Positions 1-9,183 of a stretch of DNA of 64,000 nt are shown piece after piece. Both the position numbers and the translations under genes were made by a program. Position 1 is the first letter of the stretch. Each line of letters opens with the position of its first letter. Source of the DNA: Minisyncoccia bacterium (GTDB taxonomy: Bacteria; Patescibacteriota; Minisyncoccia; Phycocordibacterales; PALSA-1337); assembly GCA_049997795.1 (NCBI GenBank), contig JBEKVT010000001.1, positions 243,751 through 307,750 on the forward strand, written 5' to 3'. Under the pieces are notes generated by a model, which worked only from the letters and a program-made list of their open reading frames with translations, was not told the DNA's origin and searched no databases.

Positions 1-287
1 ACAGTCTCGAAGCCGGTTCGAGGTGTAAGGACCCTTCCGTGTCTGCCCGACGCGCTGTCGTCGAAGAATCTGATCGACCCTCGGATGACACGGTACGTCT
101 CGTATGTGGCGTTGTGGTGGTGAGGCTTCGATGCGCCAATGATGGCCACCGCCACACTCCATTTGCCGGCGGGGTCCTTGTCGATTTCGCAGATGACTTC
201 TGTGGGGTCCTTCTCGGGAAGACAGACGATCTTCTTGCCCGGGAACCTCTCGGCAAGCTCCCGGATCATGTGTCTCGGTATTTTCAT
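1..287 (-). CDS. cupin-domain protein (partial, continues beyond window start)
   Basis: Minus-strand ATG at 285-287 (cat on plus) gives MKIPRHMIRELAERFPGKK...ASKPHHHNATYETYRVIRGSIRFFDD; His-rich cupin-like motif; ORF runs off the window edge so it was absent from the ORF track. The overlapping plus-strand ORFs 39..392 and 139..804 look like GC artefacts. Confidence 0.45.
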   Translation of the reverse strand, partial: MKIPRHMIRELAERFPGKKIVCLPEKDPTEVICEIDKDPAGKWSVAVAIIGASKPHHHNATYETYRVIRGSIRFFDDSASGRHGRVLTPRTGFET

Positions 288-480
288 TGCATGTGCCTTT
301 CGTTCCCAAAGATATCAGCGAGAGGACAAAAATACAAGACCACGGGCAGGTACCAAAAGACAGAAAATCAATTGCCGCCCTCGGCAGATTAAAAAAGTCC
401 TAAGCTCCCGTACAAGAGGACCCAAGATTAAAAAACCGCATCGCTGCGGGACTCTTCTAGCCAGAGATCCTTGCGGGGGA

Positions 481-1104
481 CTACTTGAGCACGCTGTTCA
501 GCGAGACTATGTCGCTCACGAACACTTTTTCGAAGCAGCCGGCTTCCGCCGAGTTGCTGCCGACGCTGCTTATGATGACGGCCCGGATGAGGTCATCCTT
601 GACCTTCACATAGCCGTCCGTCCTCGAGTTGGCTCCGTCGGAGAACAATGGCTCGATGTTGAAACCCTGTACCTTGAGATCCAGGCCCCAATTGCGGCTG
701 TCCTTGAGCTCGGACAGATAATACCCGAAGAGCGTCGGCCTGTAGAAATTGACCTTGCAGGTCTGGGTCGTCCATTCCTGGCCGGGCAGGTCAACCTCTT
801 TTGAAGTGAACGAGTTGATGTTGTAGACGTACAGGGCGTCCTTTTTCACTGTGGAGGCCGTCGTCCATTGGAGTTCCGGCCTGTACAGAGGCGGAGTCTC
901 GAGCGACTGGTCCACCAGGCTCGGCGAGACATCGATGGTCTGACCGACTTGCACGGATGACAAGCTCAATGTGTTCTGTTTCGCTTGCCAAGCCACATCT
1001 TCGTACTGCATGCCGATGTAGAAGGCCCATACGGTGGCCAGGACGAACACAAGCAACGTCAGCGCCTTAGAATACCAAGTGACCTTGTTCCACACGACCG
1101 TCAT
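481..1104 (-). CDS. membrane-anchored hypothetical protein (N-terminal TM, extracytoplasmic domain)
   Basis: ORF 481..1353(-). Internal Met (MTVVWNKVTWYSKALTLLVFVLATVWAFYIGM...) precedes a single hydrophobic anchor and is the likely start; no recognisable family. Confidence 0.5.
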   Translation of the reverse strand: MTVVWNKVTWYSKALTLLVFVLATVWAFYIGMQYEDVAWQAKQNTLSLSSVQVGQTIDVSPSLVDQSLETPPLYRPELQWTTASTVKKDALYVYNINSFTSKEVDLPGQEWTTQTCKVNFYRPTLFGYYLSELKDSRNWGLDLKVQGFNIEPLFSDGANSRTDGYVKVKDDLIRAVIISSVGSNSAEAGCFEKVFVSDIVSLNSVLK

Positions 1105-1269
1105 GCCGTAAATTGTATCACAGCCGTGCCGCGATAGAACTAGCAGCTGTGCATAACCGAGTTTTTTCGAATCGCTCTCGGCCCGTTCCACGCCAAAAAT
1201 GAAGAAAACCCCATATTGAGGTACAATTCTCTTGTGGAAACGCCACCTCCAGAAAATAAGAGATTCTCC

Positions 1270-1638
1270 ATGGTCAAAAGAGCCGAGAGCTTCGCCCACG
1301 CCGGCAGGGGGGTAAAGATATTCATGAAGACAACCCATAACGCCTGGCTGCATGCCGGGATCTTCGCGGCGGCCGTTCTCGCCGGCGTATTCTTCAAGAT
1401 CTCCCCAACCGAATGGCTCGCGGTCGTGCTTGCGAGCGGCCTAGTCTTCGTCTCCGAGGCCTTCAATTCCGCCATCGAAGTCGACATCGATTTGACGTCG
1501 CCAGAGTATCATCCCCAGGCTCGCGACACCAAAGACATCGCTGCCGGAGCGGTGCTCATCTCGGCCGTCACGGCCGCGATCGTCGGCCTCCTCGTCTTCG
1601 GGCCGCACATCATAGGCAGTATCCCCCCGGGCCCTTAA
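1270..1638 (+). CDS. dgkA: diacylglycerol kinase (DgkA family)
   Basis: MVKRAESFAHAGRGVKIF... with the EAFNSAIE motif matching the bacterial DgkA ExxNSAIE signature; three TM helices; about 122 aa from the Met at 1270, as in E. coli DgkA. Confidence 0.75.
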   Translation: MVKRAESFAHAGRGVKIFMKTTHNAWLHAGIFAAAVLAGVFFKISPTEWLAVVLASGLVFVSEAFNSAIEVDIDLTSPEYHPQARDTKDIAAGAVLISAVTAAIVGLLVFGPHIIGSIPPGP

Positions 1639-1639
1639 A

Positions 1640-2680
1640 ATGTCTGACTCCGACTACAATTACATCCTGCCGAAAGGCTTCATCGCCAACGCCCCCGCCG
1701 ATCCGCGCGATGCCTCGCGGCTGTTCGTCTATAGCATCAAGACTAACGAGATCGTCCTCGATACCTTCGCCAACCTGGCCCGTTATGTCCCTGCGGGCTC
1801 GGTCCTCGTCATCAACGACACGAAGGTCGTGCCGGCGCGCCTAGAGCTCTCCAATCTATCCGGCCGCAGCCTGCGCGTCCTCATCTTGTTCAACGAGTGG
1901 GACGGCGGTCCGATGGTTAAGGGCCTTCCCGACAAGGACGTCGCCACGGGCGAGCCCTTGTTCTGGAACGAGCGGCCGTGCCTCGAGGCGGCCTCTCACG
2001 TGAGGCAGGAATTCACCTTCAGATTGCTCATGCCGGCCGCCGAGTTCGAGAGGCTGTGCGAGAAGCATGGTCAGACGCCTCTGCCGCCCTACATCCACAC
2101 CGCTCTTCCCGAGAAAGAGCTGCGGGAGAAGTATCAAACCACTTTCGCCGCCAACCCGAGCTCGGTGGCGGCGCCCACGGCCTCGCTCCACTTCACCCCC
2201 GGCGTCTTCCGGTCGCTCGACGACAAGGACGTGAAGCGCGCTGCGGTGACGCTCCATGTCGGCCGGGGCACTTTCTCGCCGGTCTCGTCGGAGATGGCGT
2301 CGACTGGCAAGCTCTATCCGGAGCCGATCCAGATCGGCGAAGAATCAGCCAGGATGGTCGCCGAGGCCAAAAGGGCCGGCAGGACCGTCGTGGCGGCCGG
2401 CACCACCTCGGTCCGGCTCCTCGAGTCGGTCCCTGAGGCTATCCTAGAAGGAAAGGGGTATCACGGCGAGACCACCCTTTTCATCCGGCCGCCATACCGA
2501 TTCGTGGTCGTTGATGCCCTGCTCACCAACTTCCACCTGCCCGGCACCTCGCTCCTCATGCTCCTCGACGCCTTTCTCCGCTTCAAGGGGGCCAAGAAGT
2601 CTTGGCGCGACCTGTACGACCGGGCCATCGAAGAGAAATTCCGGTTCTATTCGTTCGGCGATGCCATGTTGATTATATGA
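1640..2680 (+). CDS. queA: S-adenosylmethionine:tRNA ribosyltransferase-isomerase
   Basis: 346 aa; N-terminus DYNYILPKGFIANAPADPRDASRLFV and LPPYIHT motifs typical of QueA; full length. Confidence 0.85.
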   Translation: MSDSDYNYILPKGFIANAPADPRDASRLFVYSIKTNEIVLDTFANLARYVPAGSVLVINDTKVVPARLELSNLSGRSLRVLILFNEWDGGPMVKGLPDKDVATGEPLFWNERPCLEAASHVRQEFTFRLLMPAAEFERLCEKHGQTPLPPYIHTALPEKELREKYQTTFAANPSSVAAPTASLHFTPGVFRSLDDKDVKRAAVTLHVGRGTFSPVSSEMASTGKLYPEPIQIGEESARMVAEAKRAGRTVVAAGTTSVRLLESVPEAILEGKGYHGETTLFIRPPYRFVVVDALLTNFHLPGTSLLMLLDAFLRFKGAKKSWRDLYDRAIEEKFRFYSFGDAMLII

Positions 2681-2705
2681 AGGCGGCTCTATATAATCAG
2701 ACCTC

Positions 2706-3344
2706 ATGAACATTAGACGCACCCTCTTCTGGTCAGGCTTTGTCGTCGTACTCGTCCTCATCGTCTGGGGTCTCATCGCCTCCATGGGGAGGCAGGCGTC
2801 TACTCCCGTCTTTGGCACCCCGGCGCCGGTCTCGTCTGCCGACCATGTCCGCGGCCCCTCCGGCGCCCCCGTCACTGTCATCGAATACAGCGATTTCCAA
2901 TGCCCGGCCTGCGAGGCCTACTACCTTCTGATGGAACAGCTTTTATCCGGCGCCTCGACCACCATGCGTCTGGTCTACCGTCATTTTCCCCTGCCTCAAC
3001 ATCCGAACGCCGCTCTGGCGGCCCAGGCTTCCGAGGCCGCCGGCATGCAGGGCAAGTTCTGGGAAATGTACGGCCTCTTATTCCAGGATCACGCCGAATG
3101 GACGGATGTCCCTGATCCGCACCAGGCTTTCGACGGCTATGCCTTGAGGCTCGGCTTGAATGTCGGCAAGTTCAAATCGGACATGGATAGCGCAGCCGCG
3201 AAGGGGATCGTAGACGGCCAGCTTGCCGAAGGCCAGTCTATCGGCATAGATTACACTCCGACGTTCTTCGTGAACGGCAAGGTCATAAATAATCCCCAAA
3301 GCTATGAGCAGTTTAAGGCGATCATTGACGCGGCCGCTCGCTAG
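2706..3344 (+). CDS. DsbA-family thiol:disulfide oxidoreductase (membrane-anchored)
   Basis: N-terminal TM anchor, thioredoxin-fold CPAC active site (YSDFQCPACEAYY), cis-Pro region HFPLP. Confidence 0.8.
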   Translation: MNIRRTLFWSGFVVVLVLIVWGLIASMGRQASTPVFGTPAPVSSADHVRGPSGAPVTVIEYSDFQCPACEAYYLLMEQLLSGASTTMRLVYRHFPLPQHPNAALAAQASEAAGMQGKFWEMYGLLFQDHAEWTDVPDPHQAFDGYALRLGLNVGKFKSDMDSAAAKGIVDGQLAEGQSIGIDYTPTFFVNGKVINNPQSYEQFKAIIDAAAR

Positions 3345-3816
3345 GGAAGCGGCGACTCGGGCAGTCGTCTTCTTTATGATCATGGCCCTCGTCGGCTTCG
3401 CCGACTCCACCTTCCTCGCAGTGGAGCATTATCGCGGCGTCATCCCGCCGTGCTCGGCCAACGAGGGCTGCGAAAAGGTCCTCTCCAGCCAATACTCGGC
3501 GGTCTTCGGCGTCCCGACGGCGCTTTTCGGCTCGCTCTATTATCTAGCCGTCTCACTCGGCTCCTTCATATATCTGGAGTCCAGACACGGCAGAGGTTCG
3601 GTCGCGGCGCACCACGCGGCCATCCTCAAATGGACCATGCTCGCGACCGTTCTCGGCTTTGTCATGTCGCTTTGGTTCGTCTATCTGCAATTATTCATCC
3701 TGCGCTCGATCTGCATCTATTGCATGGGCTCGGCTGCCACCTCCACGGTCCTTTTCATCGCCGCCGCGACGATGCTCAAAAAGTATTCGGCCGCCGATCG
3801 GCCTCCCACGGTCTAA
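3304..3816 (+). CDS. vitamin K epoxide reductase (VKOR)-family protein, DsbB-like partner of DsbA
   Basis: Multi-TM protein with a CxxC pair (PPCSANEGCEKV ... CIYCMGS) typical of bacterial VKOR. Start uncertain (3304 overlapping dsbA by 41 nt, or Met at 3377). Confidence 0.7.
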   Translation: MSSLRRSLTRPLAREAATRAVVFFMIMALVGFADSTFLAVEHYRGVIPPCSANEGCEKVLSSQYSAVFGVPTALFGSLYYLAVSLGSFIYLESRHGRGSVAAHHAAILKWTMLATVLGFVMSLWFVYLQLFILRSICIYCMGSAATSTVLFIAAATMLKKYSAADRPPTV

Positions 3817-3820
3817 TCCG

Positions 3821-4699
3821 ATGAAAGATCTGAAGATCTCGATCACCGCCCGGAGCCGCGATTACGAGTTACTGGACTCCGGCGAAGGCGAGAAGCTCGA
3901 ACGCCTCGGGGGATTCACCCTGTCCCGGCCAGACCCGCAAGCTCTTTGGGCCAAGCGGCTGCCGGACGGCGAATGGAACAAGGCCGATGCCTATTTCACC
4001 CGCGCGAGCGACAAGGCCGAGTGGTCTTTCAGGAAAAAGTTACCGGAACAATGGCCGGTCGAGCTCGACGACCTGAAATTCTGGATAAGGCCGACAGCCT
4101 TCAAGCACACCGGCCTGTTCCCGGAGCAGGCGGTGAATTGGGATTGGTTGCGCGGATTGGTAGAAAGGGAAAAGGATATCGAGGTCCTGAATCTTTTCGG
4201 TTACACCGGCGGCGCCACGCTAGCTTGTGCCCAAGCCGGTGCCAAGGTCGTGCATATAGACGGCTCCAAGACCGCTATGGCCTGGGCCCGCGACAACGCC
4301 GAACTATCAGGACTTAAAGACAAGCCGGTGCGCTGGATCGTCGAGGACGCTCGCGTCTTCGCCCTGCGGGAGATCCGCCGCGGCCGCGCTTATGACGGCA
4401 TCATTATGGACCCGCCGGCCTTCGGCCACGGGCCGGGCAATGAATTGTGGAAGATCGAAGAGCATTTCCTGCCCCTAGTCGAGAATTGCAAGAAGCTCTT
4501 GAAGCCCAAGCCGCTCTTCTTCCTCATAAACGGCTATTCTGCGGGCTATTCTGCCATCGCCTACAAGAACAATCTGCTCCCGCTCAAAGAGAGGTTCGGC
4601 GGCGAGATAGAGCTCGGCGAGCTGGCCATTGAGGAATCGAAAAGCCAGCGGCTGCTACCTTGCGGCATATTTGCTAGGTGGTCGGCGAGACAAAACTGA
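3821..4699 (+). CDS. class I SAM-dependent RNA methyltransferase (RlmI/RlmK-like Rossmann domain, no PUA domain)
   Basis: Met at 3821 (MKDLKISITARSRDYELLDSGEGEKLER...). SAM-binding motif LNLFGYTGGATLACAQAGAKVVHIDGSK and DPPAFG catalytic motif. Confidence 0.75.
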   Translation: MKDLKISITARSRDYELLDSGEGEKLERLGGFTLSRPDPQALWAKRLPDGEWNKADAYFTRASDKAEWSFRKKLPEQWPVELDDLKFWIRPTAFKHTGLFPEQAVNWDWLRGLVEREKDIEVLNLFGYTGGATLACAQAGAKVVHIDGSKTAMAWARDNAELSGLKDKPVRWIVEDARVFALREIRRGRAYDGIIMDPPAFGHGPGNELWKIEEHFLPLVENCKKLLKPKPLFFLINGYSAGYSAIAYKNNLLPLKERFGGEIELGELAIEESKSQRLLPCGIFARWSARQN

Positions 4700-4730
4700 A
4701 CCACTGGTCGAAATGTGCTATGGTATAGCC

Positions 4731-5612
4731 ATGAGCACTCTCATCCTCGACGGCCGGGCCGTGCGTGAGGCCCGCACTCCGGAATTGATCGAACGGGTCA
4801 AGCAACTTTCACGCCAACCAACCCTGGCCATCATCCAAGTCGGCGACCTGCCAGATTCGACCGCCTTCATCAAGGCTAAAAGCGCCTTTGCCGTGAAGAT
4901 TGGCGCCAAAGTCAAACACATCCATCTGCCGGAAAGCATTTTCCGGCACGAATTAGTCGATGAGGTCCGTGAATGCAACGCTGACGCGGATATTCAAGGG
5001 ATCATCGTTCAATTGCCCCTGCCGATCGCCATCGATCAGGATGCTGTTATAGAGGCTGTCGATTCAAAAAAAGACGCCGACGGCCTTACGTCATTCAATG
5101 TGAAGCGCTGGCTCGAAGGCAGGGAAGACGCCGTCATCCCCGCCACGACGCGCGGGGTGAAAGAGCTTCTTGAATATTACAAGCTCGGCCTTTTCGGCAA
5201 GCACGTCGTCGTGGTCGGCCGTTCGATGCTCGTCGGCAAGCCGCTCGCCGCCTTCTGTCTGAATGAGAACGCCAGCGTGACAGTTTGCCACTCGAAGACG
5301 GTCGATCTCCCCGAGGAGACCAGGAAAGCCGACGTACTCATCGTGGCCGCGGGGAAGTCGAAGCTCATAACGGCCGATCATGTGAGAGAAGGCACGGTCG
5401 TCATCGATGTCGGCATCAACACGGTCAAGGGAGAAAAGCTTGAAGATGAGATCTCCGGACGGAAGCTCGTCGGCGACGTCGATTTCGAAGCGGTGAAAGA
5501 CATCGCTTCGGCCATCACGCCCGTACCTGGCGGCGTCGGCCCGATGACTGTCTTGGCCCTCTTCGAGAATCTCGCCGATTTGTGCCTTGAGCCGAAAGAC
5601 GATATCATTTAG
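4731..5612 (+). CDS. folD: bifunctional methylenetetrahydrofolate dehydrogenase / methenyl-THF cyclohydrolase
   Basis: MSTLILDGRAV... 293 aa; FolD family layout with NAD(P)-binding GRSMLVGKPLA and PGGVGPMT motifs. Confidence 0.9.
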   Translation: MSTLILDGRAVREARTPELIERVKQLSRQPTLAIIQVGDLPDSTAFIKAKSAFAVKIGAKVKHIHLPESIFRHELVDEVRECNADADIQGIIVQLPLPIAIDQDAVIEAVDSKKDADGLTSFNVKRWLEGREDAVIPATTRGVKELLEYYKLGLFGKHVVVVGRSMLVGKPLAAFCLNENASVTVCHSKTVDLPEETRKADVLIVAAGKSKLITADHVREGTVVIDVGINTVKGEKLEDEISGRKLVGDVDFEAVKDIASAITPVPGGVGPMTVLALFENLADLCLEPKDDII

Positions 5613-5648
5613 CCCTTAACCGAAAGCATTAATCATCAATAAATCATC

Positions 5649-6500
5649 ATGAACATCCCTGAAAGGTTCTGGAAGGCTGCCACGGGCGCTCTCGGCCTCC
5701 TCGCGATCTTCCTCATAGTCGTCTCCATAAAGGAGCTCAAGGCCATCGGCTATGTCGGCGTCAATCCGCAGGGACCGAACACTATTACGGTGAGCGGCAC
5801 AGGCGACGCCATGGCCGCGCCCGATGTGGCCACGTTCTCCTTCACGGTGACAGAGACGAAAACGACCGTCGCCGACGCCCAGAAAGCCGCCACCGACAAG
5901 GTCAATTCCGCTCTGAAGGCCGTGCGCGACGCCGGAGTGGCCGACAAGGACATCCAGACGGAGTCCTATTACATCAACCCTCACTATGAATATCAGGGCG
6001 AAAGCTGCGTCTATCAATCAGATTCCGGAAGCGGCACCGTTTCGGGCGGGGGGACGATGGTCCCGTCGCTGCCGTCCGTGCCCGTCTGCCGTCCCGGCAA
6101 GAACGTTTTGACCGGCTATGACGTCAGCCAGTCCATCCAGGTCAAGGTGCGCGACCTCGGCAAGGCCGGCGCCATCTTCACCACCATCGGCTCGCTCGGC
6201 GTGGAGAGCGTGAACGGCCTGGCCTTCTCTATAGATGATCCGGATTCCGTACAAGCCCAAGCCCGCACAAAGGCCATCGCCGACGCGCAGTCGAAGGCCA
6301 AGGAATTGGCCAAAGAGCTCGGCGTCAGCCTCGGCCGCATCACGAGCTTCTCGGACGACAATTATTATCCGCGGCCTGTGATGTACGCAATGGGCGCCGC
6401 CGTCGGCAATGAATCCTCTAAAAGCGCTACCCCGCCGGAGATCCCGGCTGGCGAACAGAAGACGACTGACACGGTTTCCATCACTTACGAGATAGAGTAG
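5649..6500 (+). CDS. SIMPL-domain (DUF541) periplasmic/immunogenic protein family
   Basis: N-terminal TM anchor followed by SIMPL-like repeats (ATFSFTVTETKTTVADAQKAATDKVNSALKAVRDAGV ... AQARTKAIADAQSKAKELAKELG). Confidence 0.65.
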   Translation: MNIPERFWKAATGALGLLAIFLIVVSIKELKAIGYVGVNPQGPNTITVSGTGDAMAAPDVATFSFTVTETKTTVADAQKAATDKVNSALKAVRDAGVADKDIQTESYYINPHYEYQGESCVYQSDSGSGTVSGGGTMVPSLPSVPVCRPGKNVLTGYDVSQSIQVKVRDLGKAGAIFTTIGSLGVESVNGLAFSIDDPDSVQAQARTKAIADAQSKAKELAKELGVSLGRITSFSDDNYYPRPVMYAMGAAVGNESSKSATPPEIPAGEQKTTDTVSITYEIE

Positions 6501-6518
6501 GCGCCCTTTCTGCGGCGT

Positions 6519-6547
6519 TTGACTTCGATAATCGAGAGGTATATCAT
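6519..6547 (+). promoter_or_regulatory. candidate sigma70-type promoter for secE-nusG-rplK (TTGACT-17-TATCAT)
   Basis: TTGACT at 6519-6524, 17-nt spacer, TATCAT at 6542-6547, about 40 nt upstream of secE. Confidence 0.4.
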
Positions 6548-6588
6548 GAACGGGCAATCCCGGAGCAGGGGTTTTTTAATACAAAAGC

Positions 6589-6768
6589 ATGAAGATCGGC
6601 GAATATATCAAGGCTACTCGAGCCGAAATGGCCCACGTCAACTGGCCGACCCGGACGCAGACCATCCGCTTCACCGTGGCCGTTATCGCGGTCTCCATCT
6701 GTACGGCCGTCCTCCTTGGCATCTCCGATTTCGTCTTCTCGCGCCTCCTTACCCTTCTCTTCAAATAA
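6589..6768 (+). CDS. secE: preprotein translocase subunit SecE
   Basis: 59-aa ORF MKIGEYIKATRAEMAHVNWPTRTQTIRFTVAVIAVSICTAVLLGISDFVFSRLLTLLFK. Classic single-TM SecE directly upstream of nusG; below the 60-aa cutoff of the ORF track. Confidence 0.85.
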   Translation: MKIGEYIKATRAEMAHVNWPTRTQTIRFTVAVIAVSICTAVLLGISDFVFSRLLTLLFK

Positions 6769-6769
6769 C

Positions 6770-7315
6770 ATGGCCAAACAACAGATGACAGGGGAACGCA
6801 ACTGGTATGCCATCCACACTTACGCCGGCTATGAGAACGCCGTGGCTAGGAACCTGAAGCAACGCATCGAGTCGCTCGGCATGGAGGACAAGATTTTTGC
6901 CGTGGTCGTGCCGACCGAGAAGAAGATCAAAGTGAAGAGCGGCAAGAGGGCGGAAGAAGAAGAGAAGATCTACCCCGGCTATGTCCTGGTGGATATGATC
7001 GTCACGGACGACAGCTGGTACGTGGTCAGGAACACGCCTCGGGTGACCGGCTTCGTCGGCTCCGGCGTCTATCCTGTGCCTCTCGACAAGGCCGAGGTCG
7101 AATCGCTCTTCGCCCGCATGCAGAAAGGCGAAGCCGAGCACGCCATCGACCTCGCTATAGGCGACCTGGTCAAGGTGGCCGACGGGCCCTTCAAGGATTT
7201 CGAAGGCAAGGTCAGCGAGGTGGACACCCAGCGCGGTAAGATCAAGGTCCTGGTGTCGATGTTCGGCCGGGAAACGCCGGTCGAGCTCGATTTCTTGCAA
7301 GTCAAGAAAGTTTAA
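6770..7315 (+). CDS. nusG: transcription termination/antitermination factor NusG
   Basis: NGN domain (WYAIHTYAGYENAVARNL) and C-terminal KOW (GDLVKVADGPFKDFEGKVSEVD); start at Met 6770, two nt after the secE stop. Confidence 0.9.
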   Translation: MAKQQMTGERNWYAIHTYAGYENAVARNLKQRIESLGMEDKIFAVVVPTEKKIKVKSGKRAEEEEKIYPGYVLVDMIVTDDSWYVVRNTPRVTGFVGSGVYPVPLDKAEVESLFARMQKGEAEHAIDLAIGDLVKVADGPFKDFEGKVSEVDTQRGKIKVLVSMFGRETPVELDFLQVKKV

Positions 7316-7335
7316 GGTAGGTTTCATCCATCGCC

Positions 7336-7758
7336 ATGGCCAAGAAAGTCATCAAAACGGTCAAAGTCATCGCCCCGGCCGGCAAAGCCACCCCGGCGCC
7401 GCCCTTGGGTCCCACCCTGGGCCAGGCCGGCGTCAACATCGGCGATTTCACCAAAAAGTTCAACGAAGCCACCAAGGGGATGGGCGGCGACATGATCCCG
7501 GCGGTCATCTCCATATACGAAGACCGCACCTACAGCTTTGTTTTGAAGACTCCGCCGACCTCGAGCCTGATCCTGAAAGCCCTCGGCAAGGAGAAGGGCT
7601 CCGGCAAGCCGAACACGTCGAAGGTCGGCAGTCTCACCAAGACCCAACTGAAGGAGATCGCCCTGAAGAAGATGCCGGACCTGAACGCTTCGGATATCGA
7701 GACGGCCATGAAGGTAGTGGCCGGCACGGCCAGACAGATGGGCGTGGAGGTCAAGTGA
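7336..7758 (+). CDS. rplK: 50S ribosomal protein L11
   Basis: [43 protein letters not shown]...; canonical L11. Confidence 0.95.
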   Translation: MAKKVIKTVKVIAPAGKATPAPPLGPTLGQAGVNIGDFTKKFNEATKGMGGDMIPAVISIYEDRTYSFVLKTPPTSSLILKALGKEKGSGKPNTSKVGSLTKTQLKEIALKKMPDLNASDIETAMKVVAGTARQMGVEVK

Positions 7759-7794
7759 TGCCCGGACGCCGTCTGGGCCGAAAATGAGGACAAA

Positions 7795-7826
7795 AAAGCG
7801 CCGGCGATGAGCTGGCGCTTCGTGTC
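7795..7826. terminator. bidirectional hairpin between rplK (+) and the convergent HD-domain gene (-)
   Basis: AAAAAAGCGCCGGCGATGAGCTGGCGCTTCG: GC stem with an A-run upstream (T-run on the minus strand). Confidence 0.45.
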
Positions 7827-7841
7827 ATAGACGAAAGATCC

Positions 7842-8453
7842 TCAGTGGGCTTTCTCGGCGACATGGTTCAGGTCGACGAAGCCCTTGAAATAATCCCGCA
7901 GATTCAGCGTCCACACGACCTTGTCGAACCCGGGTAGCTCCGCGGCGATCGCGTCGAGCTCGACGATCTGGTTCCTGGCGACCTCGACCAAGATCCGGAT
8001 TATGTCGTGCTCGACATAGCACTCGTAGGCGTAGTACATGTAATCGAGCCTCTGGACTCCGTCGAAGAACAAGGCTTCATTGCGCCGGTGTTCGGCGAGG
8101 TCGGTCATGACGAGCCTGGCTTCCTCGGGAAAGCAGGCCGGGTTCCTCAGGCAGAATTGTAGGAGGAAGCTGCGCTCCAGCTCCCTCCATACCGCCACGC
8201 CGAGCGGTCCGCACAATCTCCTGAAGACCAGATATTCCTTCAGGTCGTCCTCGTCCGTCTTGATGTCGGCCGGCAGATCGATGATTCTGATGCCTTCCGG
8301 TTCGTCGTGATGGCTTACGCAGCGAGAGAGCAGGAGCTCGTCCAGCCGGCAGTATGGTCGCATCCCGATCATCATATAGTCGAAGAGGAAACAGACCGAG
8401 CACCGATGCTCATGTCCGTTCTGGTGCCGCATCCGATCCCCGAATGGCTTCAT
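7842..8453 (-). CDS. HD-domain 5'-deoxynucleotidase (YfbR-like dNMP phosphohydrolase)
   Basis: HQNGHEH ... SHHDEPEGIRIIDLPADIK matches the YfbR H...HDasEvltgDLPtpvK metal-binding motifs. The ORF extends to 8582 but the Met at 8453 gives about 203 aa, the YfbR size. Confidence 0.6.
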   Translation of the reverse strand: MKPFGDRMRHQNGHEHRCSVCFLFDYMMIGMRPYCRLDELLLSRCVSHHDEPEGIRIIDLPADIKTDEDDLKEYLVFRRLCGPLGVAVWRELERSFLLQFCLRNPACFPEEARLVMTDLAEHRRNEALFFDGVQRLDYMYYAYECYVEHDIIRILVEVARNQIVELDAIAAELPGFDKVVWTLNLRDYFKGFVDLNHVAEKAH

Positions 8454-8641
8454 ATACCTGCCAAAACGGATTATCCGTTCTTGGCCGTGTTGTAGCTTCC
8501 GCCAGACGTAGAAAGGGTGGCCCAACACGCCGGACGCGCCGATCCTGCAGTGACAGTTGTTGCCGTTACTGGTGCCGTTCATAGAGCTGTTCCTTCGGTT
8601 TAAGGTTGGATTTTCGTTGAACTGTCGTCCGTTGACGAAGA

Positions 8642-9163
8642 CTAGCCCATAGCCCCGGGATTTTCAACTGCGTATGTCAACAGCAGAGACCCGCCATCCG
8701 TGCGCGTGAGCTCTGCCAGCTTTAGCTTATAGTCCAGGCCTTCCTTGAAAAGCCCGATGCCGTCGCCGAAGACGACCGGCTCGATGGTGAGATAGAGCCT
8801 GTCGACCAGGCCGGACTTCATGAACATGGTGTATATGGCAGAACCGCCGCAGATGGCGACCTCTTTGAACCCGCGCGATTCCAATTCCCGCAGAAGCTCG
8901 GCTGGCGGCTTAGCTGTGATCTCAACGCCGGCTGGTAAATCAGCGATCGGACCGGGCGAGTAAACGACATTCAAACGGTCCTTGAGCGGTTTCCCGCCGA
9001 AGGTCTGCCAGGTATTCAAACCCATCACACAGATTCCCGCGCGCTTCGAGACCTCAACGAAACGCTTCTTATCCTCCTTACTGGTCCATGTCGTCGAAGG
9101 CACGGACGGATCTTTGGCGATGTATCCGTCGGCCGACATGGCGGCGATGATGAAGCACTTCAT
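8642..9163 (-). CDS. dihydrofolate reductase (FolA / RibD-C fold)
   Basis: MKCFIIAAMSADGYIAKDPSVPSTTWTSKEDKKRFVEVSKRAGICVMGLNTWQTF parallels the FolA N-terminus (MISLIAALAVDRVIG...W...[20 protein letters not shown]); 174 aa from the Met at 9163. Confidence 0.7.
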   Translation of the reverse strand: MKCFIIAAMSADGYIAKDPSVPSTTWTSKEDKKRFVEVSKRAGICVMGLNTWQTFGGKPLKDRLNVVYSPGPIADLPAGVEITAKPPAELLRELESRGFKEVAICGGSAIYTMFMKSGLVDRLYLTIEPVVFGDGIGLFKEGLDYKLKLAELTRTDGGSLLLTYAVENPGAMG

Positions 9164-9183
9164 GGTATTTTTCTGGGACGCGC

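Noticed and set aside
39-804. Plus-strand ORFs 39..392 and 139..804 at the window start.
   Set aside because: Arg/Pro/Gly-rich translations without motifs. The minus strand over the same span encodes a clean cupin-like N-terminus with a proper ATG, so the plus-strand frames are treated as artefacts.
7842-8582. Calling the 246-aa ORF a ThyX or Cys/His-rich metal-binding protein from its N-terminal CHC...H...HEHRC segment.
   Set aside because: No ThyX RHRX7S motif. The H...HD...D spacing and the HDxxE...DLP motif fit YfbR-type HD phosphohydrolases, and the Cys/His-rich N-terminal 43 residues probably lie upstream of the true start at 8453.
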